Under the pieces are notes generated by a model. The model was not told the origin of the DNA. It did not search any database and saw only the letters and a program-made list of their open reading frames with translations. Both the position numbers and the translations under genes were made by a program. From Macrostomum hystrix (Eukaryota; Animalia; Platyhelminthes), in the NCBI GenBank assembly GCA_950097015.1, contig CATNEN010000007.1, positions 5,394,001 through 5,458,000 of the forward strand: 64,000 nucleotides of DNA, in the 5' to 3' direction. Every line of letters starts with the position of its first letter. Positions within the stretch are counted from its first letter, which is position 1. Shown here piece after piece: positions 42,306 to 53,600 of this stretch.

Positions 42306-44792
42306 TCAGTAGAACCGACTCCGTCCGCGCCGCCATCGCATGCCGCAGCGATACCAGGCCAGGCCGGTGAGGCATGTGGCTGCAGCCAGCAGAGCCAGCC
42401 AGGTGGGAATCTCGTGACCCGCAAAGGTAGAATCAGACGACCCGGTCATTGAAGAGGCCGACTGCCTCAGAGGCGGAGTGCGAAATTCTGGAAATTCATT
42501 TTTCGAGAAAATTAGAAATGAGAAACTCGTGCAGCCTACTTTAAGTAAGATAAGAGCGTATCGTTGTCAAAAAATCACAGCTGAACTTACCGGCGGAATG
42601 TTTCGCCTGCAAATCAATAGCCGGCACAATGAGCCTGCGATTTCCGCTGTAGTCATCTGGACTCTGGGTCTGGTAGCCATGGAAGGTCGAGAAAGGAATG
42701 GGAAGAATTTGTGCAGAAATTAGACATTGCTCCGTAGCTACTCAGGCCACTCCCAGTAGCTACTCAGGCCACCACCAGTAGCTACTCAGGCCACTCCCAG
42801 TAGCTACTCAGGCCACTCCCAGTAGCTACTCAGGCCACTCCCAGTAGCTACTCAGGCCACTCCCAGTAGCTACTCAGGGCCACTCCCAGTAGCTACTCAG
42901 GCCACTCCCAGTAGCTACTCAGGCCACTCCCAGTAGCTACTCAGGCCACTCCTGGTAGCCAATCACGCCAACCGCAGTGCAAAGGCCTCACCGACTCGAC
43001 TTCGTAAACCTTGGCGGCCAGGATGTCGTGATTGTCGACTAGATCGCCAGTCATCGCGCTGAAGCCGAACATGAGGTGGGTTGGCAGTCGGAGTCCGCGA
43101 ATCCTGAAGCATCGCCGCCAGCTGCCGGGCGCATCGCCAGCCAATCCGCCGCCGTCGTTGTCTTCAACTCGGGTAGAGACTATCAGCTGATTGTCCACGT
43201 AGCGAATGGCCATATGAGTCTCGCCCTGGCGATTGCGAAATCTGAAATTCGCGCGATTGAAACCTAGAGAGAATCATGCTATAGATCTCTTAAATAAAAT
43301 AATTCTGGGTCAATTGCAATCCTAAAAACAAGGGCACTGCGTACATCTGCTCAGTCCATGGACCAGCTCAAAGACTTGCTGTTTTCTCTCAGGCTAGATC
43401 GAACTCCAAGCCTTCTTGGCGTCACAAGCACTTTGGTATCAGATCTGGAACATCCCGAAGCTCACCTCACAGTGCAGCCAGTTGGTTCCTTCAGCTCTCC
43501 GTCATCGTCGTGGGTGAACACCAGGCTGCCATTGTTGACCAGCGCGGAAATGTAGGGGTGGAAATGGCCGAGCTGCGGCCCGTGCGCATTGCTGTAGGTG
43601 TCCAATGTGACGGCGAGGCCGCGAAATCGGCTGGGGCCGCCGAACAGCTGACCGGGGAATCCCCTGGGAATTCCTCGCGGATATTCCCCGGGATTTCCCT
43701 CGGGAACTTCGGCATACCAGAAGGCGAAGCCGTCACCGCAGCCGCTGTCAGCTGGGCCGTGGACACGAAACTGCACGCGCACCTCCCAATGCTGAATGTG
43801 GACAGGCAGACGGTTCACAATGGCACCACGCTGGGACTGCTGGCCAGAAGTGAGGCGGACAAAGTCGTCACCAGAGATTGCTGCACTGCCAGACAGACTC
43901 CAAGATCCTGCATTTGTGGTTATTGGAATTCAAAAATTTTGTTTACTGCAAAAAATATTATAGCAGTAAGTAAAATATTTATCACAAATTAATTTTTTTT
44001 GTAAATCACAACAAAAAATACCAAAGAAGCATAGAGCTGTATAGGGGGTTCAGTGGCAGAGTGATTGATGCATTTGCTTCTGGGCTCAACAGGCAGAATT
44101 GCCTCCTTGCTGGCTGCAGGCCGTCACAAAATGTTTGTTAGATATATTTATTATTGAAAGAAAGATTAGCATAATATCATACGGCTCGTAGATAACATTT
44201 ATTCATTCTTCAGAATTAAGAAGTCCTTCAAGAAAAAATATAGGACACAAATGCCAAACTTTACTTTATAACTAATAAACTCCATCAACTTTAGACATGG
44301 CCAGATTATCAATTCTTTTATATATATATATTTATATTTATATATATATATATTTATTTATAACTATATATATTTATAACTATTCAATATACTTGATATC
44401 ATAGTATACATATAGACTTTAAATTTTTTCATTAACAAGCTATTTACTGCTTTTTACTATTTATATAGACTTGAATTATAAAACTTCTAGACAGAGTAAA
44501 AAAAATTGAGCATATAGCTAGTCATGAACATGGTCAGTAACGAAATATTCTCACCTTGGTAGGGTTTAATTAATGAGTACTCCTTTCGTAAGAAAAATGA
44601 TGAAGATTGGCCAGCCAACAAATCTTCCTCGTCAGCACCGAGAGTGCGAAAGTCTGAGTTGCCTTTAACATTCACTGTAGCGAGAAGAACTGCAAGAGAT
44701 GTAATTAAACTGGTGAAATAAAAATCATTAGAAACTAGCCGGTATTGGATTTGGCCATTATAGACACAACTAAATTTGGCGATGACTCCCAT
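42306..44792 (-). CDS. LMAN2: L-type lectin cargo receptor of the VIP36/VIPL family; exons 44555-44792, 43466-43907, 42992-43241, 42591-42669, 42306-42487
   Basis: Signal-like hydrophobic stretch, then RKEYSLIKPYQG, VRLT, WEVRVQFRVHG, GDGFAFWY, GLAVTLDTYSN, HPYISALVNNGSLVFTHDDDG and FGFSAMTGDLVDNHD, followed by a TM segment and a cytosolic tail ending RSRFY* (KRFY-like). Phases are consistent across all 4 introns. LMAN2 and LMAN2L cannot be distinguished. Confidence 0.9.
42735..42958. repeat. 22-bp minisatellite (GTAGCTACTCAGGCCACTCCCA), LMAN2 intron 3
   Basis: Direct tandem periodicity. Confidence 0.95.
44044..44127 (+). mobile_element. Dispersed SINE-like repeat, copy 3 (tRNA-like head, internally deleted)
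   Basis: Starts GGGGGTTCAGTGGCAGAGTGA (Pol III A-box-like TGGCNNAGT), followed by AGGCAGAATTGCCTCCTTGCTGGCTGCAGGC shared with the other two copies. No B box seen. Confidence 0.45.
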
Positions 44793-47700
44793 ATTTTTTA
44801 TTTAAGTCAGATAAATAAAGATTCGCGAATTAAAATAAGCCGTATGCAGAGTTTTCTTAATAAATCCTGCTTATTTTACTGCAAAGGCCGTGCGTGCTTT
44901 AAAGCATGAGCTGGCGGTTTCATAGAAATTCGTAGGAAGCGGAACAAATTCAAATTCACGAAAAATCGTTATTGGTCGTGTCAACCTCTGCATAATACGA
45001 TTTCATGGCTGACACCGAGTTTTTTTTCACGAATTTTATTGGCATTCAGGTTTTTCAAGTTATTTTTGATATATTTGGAATATATTCTGGACTTATTTTT
45101 ACCTTTGTTTCATGATCAATCCACAATGATTCACAATGCAATTTAATCAATTCATTCGATTTTTTTAAATACGAAAGTTACTGGTGCCATGTGCTATGGC
45201 AATATCTATGCCGAATCAGACCACATGTAAAACAAAATGGTTAATATAAGAGCAAAATCGATCAAGTTAGAACTGTGCGACGGAAATTTATTGGAAAATA
45301 CAACCTGAACAGCTAAGAGTCCAGCACTTGAAATACGCCATGAAGACAGCTTTGCGAGAATTGTATTCGTTTTGATGATAAATTCTATTTGAATGAAGAC
45401 ATTTGTTTATACGCATATTCTTTTTGCCCTTCAATCAAGGTGACAATAAAGTCGCTTGTGATTTTCGCTGACGACGTGTGCTAGATCTTAAAATATTTAA
45501 ATATGATTCAGATTTAAATTCAATTGCAGCATTAATGTAATAATTTAATGAACTAAAAAAAATTCTTACATTTGTTTTAAGTTAGATTAAGAAGCATTTT
45601 AATCATCTATCATGATAATAATGCGTCTAGCTTTCAACTAATCTAGCCATCACTGGGGCAGCATTATATGCCGGTATTGTACCTTATTGAAAAACATTTC
45701 AATAAAGTTTTTATAGTTACGCATTAAGCCAAGCCCCATGGCGATCCTATCGGCCATATGTGCTCCATCATTTTCCCAATGCAGCTTTGTTTAGTGAGCA
45801 CGGCAAGGAGATGAAGAGAGAGAGACAGAGAGGGGGGAAGTTTTTCCTCATATCAGCTCCCTGCATATGGCTTGGCGCGACTTTGTCAATCAGTGTTATT
45901 TGAAGCTCGCGAGAGTAGTGAGCTGACGAGATTGAGACTATGCCATGCCACCGAGTGGCTTGCATGGGAAATTTGAGATGGCTATCGGGCAGCGTGGAAG
46001 TTGGCTCTGCAGTTTTTGGTCAGAAAAAGGAGCCGCCGCTATCGATGTGTGCAAGATTTATTCAGCTTTTTTGCGCCAATGTGTAGAAAAATGAGGATCT
46101 TTTTCATTAATAGAGAGTTTGGCATCCAGCTGTTCATTAATTGTGATGCAGTATTGGCGGGCGTGGTGGTACTTAGAGGGGATGCAAAGATGAATCATTA
46201 GCGCTAACGTGTCTGTAGTATCACGCGGAGACCATTTGAATAACATCAGAAGTGCATTAATTGAGCAAACGCGTCAGCAAGATTTCGCAAATAAATTATT
46301 AAAGCAAAAAAGTGGCCGTCGACGTGAAACCTTGCTGAAGCATATCTTAAACAAACTTAAACAACGAGTACCGTAAAACCGCTTCCTCGCGGTAGAACTC
46401 GTTGTATAGAGCAGTATAGGATTCTTTTCTGCATTAATAAATCACAATTTTTTAGGCCATACAGAACGATCTGCTTAACAAAAGCTAGCCCAATTCAGAT
46501 CTAGAGCAGTCTGAAATATCGGAGGCTTGTATACACTTTTATAAAGATTGTACGATGACACAATCAAAATGTTTTGGAATATCAGGTAATTCGATACTGC
46601 AATTCGGACACATTTGCTAGCCCGGATCCGTACAGTTCATGCTGCTCTTGTAACTATTGCAACTCTGCAAGGCTATTCTCGAATCAATTTGAAGATGCTC
46701 GATTACAAGGCGCTCTCGGTCAATCAATATGGTATCAATAGGGCATTAACTTAATCATGGCATATGCTGCATGTATATCCGCATCTACTGCAACGCCAGT
46801 TCGTTTGTCCGCTGAAGCTCCAATCAGGTCGAATTGATTGCATGGCAACTCGCTGATTGGAGCAGCGGAGTTTGAGACAGGACACACACGTAGCTGGAGC
46901 CTTATACATATGGCCTCCTGCCCGTTTATTGGATTGCTTATAAGGGCCGCGGGCCGCTGAGACTTCAAAGTTTGAGCTTGTAAGAAAATATTGAGCCTTT
47001 ATAGAGATTCCAGACTGCAGATTCAAGGAGACATTGGTTTGCTTAGTGGCTTCATATCAGCGACCAGACTCAACTCGAAAACGGTATGTTAGAATGAACA
47101 GGCAACCTGTTTAATCAATTCTTATTTCGTTTTAAAATCTATCTCGTACATTCTCTGTTTCAATTCAAAATGCGAATCATTTTTTGTTTGAAAAATGCTT
47201 CTAACAAATGAATAAATATGCGCTAATCTAAGCATGCCTATAAATAGAAAACCTTTTGTCCCAATAAGTACTTCTCAATGAGACATTCGTACACTTTTTT
47301 CTGTCTGCAGAGCGGGCTTTTTTTAGACAAAAAGAAGTGAAAAAAAAAAAACAGCAAACCCGTTTGACAATTGGCTTCAACTGCCTAGCCTCATAGGGGA
47401 AATTGAAATCGTCAGTTTGAATCACGCTTTGCTATCACATGAAAAATCAGTAAGTTTGTGGTACACAGTGTGAAGTCTACTATGAATACCTGTAATCCGT
47501 GCACGCAACTCAGAATTTGAGTTCTTATCTCGTGACGGCATATCTATGGCATGTTTTGAGACGCCTGCATTGGCTTTTAATTCTTGGCTGGATTCCAAAA
47601 TGGATTGATTTGATTCGAGACCTGAACCCGAGCATAATGTACATGTAATGATAAGGAAGCATGACGTCATAGATTCATTATCGATCTATCGAATTTTAGC

Positions 47701-47884
47701 TGTACTCGCCGAGCTTTTAGTGATTTTAAATTTCAATACGTCAGCTTCTTTGCCACTCTACTGACAGTAGAACGCATAAAATATTAGCCTAATATTATAC
47801 AATTTTTTTATGTTCCACAACTCACTCACTCAAGAAAAAGTGCCTTTCTTCTATCTCCTCTTAAGCAGAGAGCCGCCATTGCGC

Positions 47885-48355
47885 ATGGCTGCCGCAGTGG
47901 ACAGCATGACCATGCAGGAGGTGACGCTCATGATGCAGCCGTTCGACCATTGGACTAACCGACGGCTGCGCAGCAACGAGGCCGAGGAGAGCGACTGCAG
48001 CCAGGCGGGGGATCGCCCTTCAAGGGGCCGCAGCGTCCGCCGGCAGCCCCGCTTTGTAGACGGCGACGGTGGCATCGGCGATGTCGGTGGCGTTGGTGGA
48101 CGCGGCGGCGGCTTCTGCAGCCCGACAGCCAGGAAGGTCGTGTGCTCGAGTCTGGCCTTCCTATCCGCCCTGGCCCTGCTGTTGTTCCTCATCATGCGAG
48201 CCGCCATCGACGAGGAGGAGGAGGCGGAGGCCTTGAGGAGGGCGGCTGCTCTAGCGGCGGCATGCGGGTTGAGCCGGAATAGCAGCAACAACAGCAGCAG
48301 CAGCAGCATCTGTCCTGATGCTACCGCTGTCTCAACCCCTGCACAACGTCAGTAG
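47885..48355 (+). CDS. Uncharacterised single-pass membrane protein (~156 aa)
   Basis: GC-rich ORF with codon style like neighbouring exons inside AT-rich flanks. TM-like VVCSSLAFLSALALLLFLIMRAAI, a strong pyrimidine-rich acceptor ending at 47868, and AATAAA at ~48398. Confidence 0.6.
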   Translation: MAAAVDSMTMQEVTLMMQPFDHWTNRRLRSNEAEESDCSQAGDRPSRGRSVRRQPRFVDGDGGIGDVGGVGGRGGGFCSPTARKVVCSSLAFLSALALLLFLIMRAAIDEEEEAEALRRAAALAAACGLSRNSSNNSSSSSICPDATAVSTPAQRQ

Positions 48356-48604
48356 CCATCTGGAGCGTCCTCGCTTCACAAAGATCACGCGAGAGTTAAT
48401 AAATTCACTTTACTGCGTGACTGCTGTCCTTATTAGTACACGAGCTATTCTAGCGTATAATATGCAATGAAACTTAACTTTAGCCTCGCCACATTGCATA
48501 AAAATCATCAGCTACTCATTCAGCAGCCTCTGAATCGAAGCCTTTGCTGAAAATTTTCGCAGCGTTTTGTTAACTACGAGTAGTCGAAAACAATTACTGA
48601 ATAA

Positions 48605-48840
48605 CCTGACTGGTCTGTGGCTGACTCACTGAATGACCTGAAGGTCACTGCCCCTTCAAGTCATTCAGTAAGTCAGCCACAGGTCACTCAGTAGGTCAGT
48701 CACAGACCAATCAGGTCATTCAGTGGGTCAGTCACAGACCAATCAGGTCATTCAGTGGGTCAGTCACAGACCAATCAGGTCATTCAGTAAGTCAGCCACA
48801 GACCAATCAGGTCATTCAGTGGGTCAGTCACAGACCATTT
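48605..48840. repeat. 32-bp tandem array (CAGGTCATTCAGTGGGTCAGTCACAGACCAAT) preceded by one inverted copy
   Basis: Direct repeats at 48655-48840; inverted copy at 48605-48644. Confidence 0.88.
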
Positions 48841-49927
48841 AGGATAATCAAATGGACTGAACAGTGTGTCATATCTATGCCGCGGTAAACAGCAATGTAA
48901 ATGATTGATTTTCAGATCTAAAACAGAATTTATTTAATGAGTCAAACATTTTTAGGCGCAAATGTCACAGTTTACCAACACAGATTAATTAAAATATCAA
49001 AGTTGGACATACAACTACAGAGCAAAGACGAACAATGCAACACTAATTATCAAGCTGGCCCATTGCGTGGAGTTGCGTTGTAAGTATCGTTAGCAATGAC
49101 ACTTTAGGTCATACTTTAATGTCATACAGGGTCGCCTAGGGTCATACAGACAGACGACAGCAAATAATATTACAGCCTAAAAAATCCAGCCGGACTTCTG
49201 CCAGAGCATCCAAAATTCAGGCCAAAAGTTGAAAAGTACAGTTGCTGGAACAACTATAAAATAGCAACACAATATCTAGAATCTCATGTAGAAACATCCA
49301 ATGCTTAGCACGAGCATTAACACAGCATTAACGCAGCAATGAGAAAAAATGAACAAAAAATAGAAAATGACTTCTAGATATTAACTGCAATGCTGCAATG
49401 GCAATGAGTTTGCTAGAGAAAAAGCAGTAAAGAACTGTGAAAAATTATGCATTTTTGTAGTTTTTTTAGCTAAAAAACTTTGCATTAATTCAATTGTTGG
49501 TTGCCGACAGCAGTACAGCAACAGTATAACAAAATGTATTAGGGTACTAAATAATATATTTAATTGACACTCTAACATTGGATTAAGCAACTGAAGAGAT
49601 AGGGAGTTAAATGATAACTTCGGTATTTAAAAATGATAGCAAAAAACTGGAGTCAACCCACATTGAAAGAGAAATAAACAGTCAAATTTAGATGCAAAAA
49701 ATTTAATAAAGAACTATTCAGCTGGAATATATTAGCTGAATCACATTTCTTAAAGCTCGTGACGTCAGAACATTTTAACTTGAAAAATGAAAACTGATAT
49801 GACGTCACCCTTGTTGCGTCAGACCGGAAAACAAGTATCATTCAATTTACAAGAACACATCATTTCTAAATTTAAATTGACTGATAAGGGAGCACACACA
49901 CTGTGACATACTAGAGCAGCACTATGA

Positions 49928-49995
49928 TAACAACAACAACAACAATAACAACAACAACAATAACAACAACAACAACAATAACAACAACAACAACA
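49928..49995. repeat. (CAA/TAA)n microsatellite
   Basis: Trinucleotide run. Confidence 0.9.
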
Positions 49996-50236
49996 GAGTC
50001 CTAATGTCCTAAATAGGAAGGTCACAAACTAATCTCTTGACACTGGCTCTTCGGGCAAGAGAAATATGTAAAATATGTAACAAGACTACTTGTTATAAAA
50101 GTACATTTATCGTTGTTATAAGTTTCTAACTTGTTTTAGGCAACACTCCGTCTAATATACATGTAATATTAAAGCATGTTTTCAGCGATCAATCAAACAC
50201 AAATTTATATCTGACTGGACCGAACTATGTACAATC

Positions 50237-50598
50237 TCTGAGTAGTCTCAAACTCGTGTCTGAGTAGTCTCAAACTCGTGTCTGAGTAGTCTCAAAATCG
50301 TGTCTGAGTAGTCTCAAAATCGTGTCTGAGTAGTCTCAAACTCGTGTCTGAGTAGTCTCAAACTCGTGTCTGAGTAGTCTCAAACTCGTGTCTGAGTAGT
50401 CTCAAACTCGTGTCTGAGTAGTCTCAAACTCGTGTCTGAGTAGTCTTAAAATCGTGTCTGAGTAGTCTCAAACTCGTGTCTGAGTAGTCTCAAACTCGTG
50501 TCTGAGTAGTCTCAAACTCGTGTCTGAGTAGTCTCAAACTCGTGTCTGAGTAGTCTCAAAATCGTGTCTGAGTAGTCTCAAACTCGTGTCTGAGTAGC
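50237..50598. repeat. 22-bp minisatellite (CTGAGTAGTCTCAAACTCGTGT) ~90 bp 3' of the tomosyn stop codon
   Basis: Direct tandem periodicity. Confidence 0.95.
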
Positions 50599-50688
50599 TT
50601 CAAGCTATTGTTATAGAAAAAACCATAAAAATGTAACTTTCAAAAAGCAAGCAAAGCAAGCAATGTTCGGGAGGAAGTTAAGCAGCCG

Positions 50689-53600
50689 TCAGAAAGGCCA
50701 CCACTTCTTGTCTTTGTCTTTGTACTTTTGCGCCAACTGGCTGGCGAGATTGCGCTGCTGCTCAGCCGAATTGCGCATTCGCTCGGTCTGCTCGTCAACC
50801 TCGCTCAGCTTCTCTCCGCGCTCCATCGCTTTCTGCAACAATTTGCTAACTGCTTTTAGAGGCGAAAAAGAAGCAGGGAATGAAGGGTTGGGATGAATGG
50901 ATGCAGGGAATGAAGGGCTGGGATGAATGGATGCAGGGAATGAAGGGTTGGGATGAATGGATGAAGGGAATGAAGGGTTGGGATGAATGGATACAGGGAA
51001 TGAAGGGCTGGGATGAATGGATGCAGGAAATGAAGGTTGAGATGAATGGATGCAGGGAATGAAGGGCTGGGATGAATGGATGCAGGAAATGAAGGGCTGG
51101 GATGAATGGATGCAGGGAATGAAGGGCTGGGATGAATGGATGCAGGAAATGAAGGGCTGGGGTGAATGGATGCAGGATATGAAGGGTTGGGATGAATGGA
51201 TGCAGGGAATGAAGGGTTGGGATGAATGGATGCAGGAAATGAAGGGCTGGGGTGAATGGATGCAGGATATGAAGGGTTGGGATGAATGGATGCAGGGAAT
51301 GAAGGGCTGGGGTGAATGGATGCAGGGAATGAAGGGTGAGATGTAGGACAGGGCAGTGGCAAGGAGCGGACAGTGTCTGCTAACCTGCATGGCGAGAGAA
51401 ATCTCGGAAGAGGCTCCGGCAGCTCTGGACTGCACGGACTCCATGTTGGGCCCTCGCGTCAGCTTGCAGATGCCGGCTGAAGCCTTGCCGGCGGCCGCTT
51501 CGCCAACTGCGAATCGATTAAGCTTTTAAATAATATTTTATATATTCCCATACTGCTACTTAGATAAGTAGAGGCGAAAGAATATAAGGAATAATATAAG
51601 AATAAGCAAATAAGCAAATAATAAAATCAATAAGCTATAATTCATGGTCGCTGTTAACTCACAAAGCTGCTCTCGATCGATGCAGGCCGCGCCCCCGCCG
51701 AACAGATTTTGACCGAATTTTTCCAGGAAATTCTTCTTTGGCGGCTCCGGCAGGTCGCAGGGAATGTACAAATCCGCCAGCATGTCGTTCAGGTCGTTGC
51801 TTATGCGGGAAATGCAAGTATTTTTTAATTAAAAACTTAATCCTATAAATGCACTTTATTCTTATGCACTTTATTCCTTCATCATGGGGCTAGGCTAGCA
51901 ATCCATTATATTCCATAATCATCGGGCTAGGCTAGCAATCCATTATATTCCTTCATCATGGGGCTAGGCTAGCAATCCATTGTATTCCTTCATGATGGGG
52001 CTAGGCTAGCAATCCATTGTATTCCTTCATCATGGGGCTAGGCTAGCAATCCGTTGTATTCCTTCATCATGGGGCTAGGCTAGCAATCCATTATATTCCT
52101 TCATCATGGGGCTAGGCTAGCAATCCATTGTATTCCTTCATGATGGGGCTAGGCTAGCAATCCATTATATTCCTTCATCATAGGGCTAGGCTAGCAATCC
52201 GTTGTATTCCTTCATCATGGGGCTAGGCTAGCAATCCATTATATTCCTTCATCATGGGGCTAGGCTAGCAATCCGTTGTATTCCTTCATCATGGGGCTAG
52301 GCTAGCAATCCATTATATTCCTTCATCATGGGGCTAGGCTAGCAATCCATTGTATTCCTTCATGATGGGGCTAGGCTAGCAATCCATTGTATTCCTTCAT
52401 CATGGGGCTAGGCTAGCAATCCGTTGTATTCCTTCATCATGGGGCTAGGCTAGCAATCCATTATATTCCTTCATCATGGGGCTAGGCTAGCAATCCATTA
52501 TATTCCTTCATCATGGGGCTAGGCTAGCAATCCGTTGTATTCCTTCATCATGGGGCTAGGCTAGCAATCCATTGTATTCCATAATCATCGGGCTAGGCTA
52601 GCAATCCTCTCACCTCATGTCGCTGGACAAGGTGATTTTCTGCAGTTCGCTGGGAGAGCAGAAGTACACAGCTTGCCCGTGGTTGCTGCACTGGAAGGTG
52701 CGGCTCAGTCTGCAAAGTCAGATTAGCACATATTTTGAGTTTTCGTTCTGGAAAATAGAAAAGTAAATGCGACAAGTTTCTAGTTCGGGTGGATCAACGG
52801 ACAATAGATTAAACCAACGGCTTAACGAGTCTGGAGTCTTACAGAAGTTGAGTTGTTAGAGAAGCGTTTGAGTTGTTGGAGAAGCATTTGAGTTGTTAGG
52901 GAAGCGTTTGAGTTGTTAGGGAAGCGTTTGAGTTGTTAGGGAAGCGTTTGAGTTGTTAGGGAAGCGTTTGAGTTGTTGGAGAAGCATTTGAGTTGTTGGA
53001 GAAGCATTTCAGTTGTTGGAGAAGCATTTGAGTTGTTAGGGAAGCATTTGAGTTGTTAGGGAAGCGTTTGAGTTGTTGGAGAAGCATTTGAGTTGTTAGA
53101 GAAGCGTTTGAGTTGTTGGAGAAGCGTTTGAGTTGTTGGAGAAGCATTTGAGTTGTTAGAGAAGCATTTCAGTTGTTGGAGAAGCATTTGAGTTGTTGGA
53201 GAAGCATTTCAGTTGTTGGAGAAGCATTTGAGTTGTTAGGGAAGCGTTTGAGTTGTTGGAGAAGCATTTGAGTTGTTGGAGAAGCATTTGAGTTGTTGGA
53301 GAAGCGTTTGAGTTGTTGGAGAAGCATTTCAGTTGTTGGAGAAGCATTTGAGTTGTTAGGGAAGCATTTGAGTTGTTAGAGAAGCGTTTGAGTTGTTAGA
53401 GAAGCATTTCAGTTGTTGGAGAAGCATTTGAGTTGTTAGAGAAGCATTTCAGTTGTTAAAGAAGCATTTCAGTTGTTGGAGAAGCATTTGAGTTGTTGGA
53501 GAAGCATTTCAGTTGTTGGAGAAGCATTTGAGTTGTTAGGGAAGCGTTTGAGTTGTTAGGGAAGCGTTTGAGTTGTTAGGGAAGCGTTTGAGTTGTTGGA

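Noticed and set aside
44044-44120. tRNA gene
   Set aside because: Only an A-box-like start; no B box or cloverleaf. Treated as a SINE fragment.
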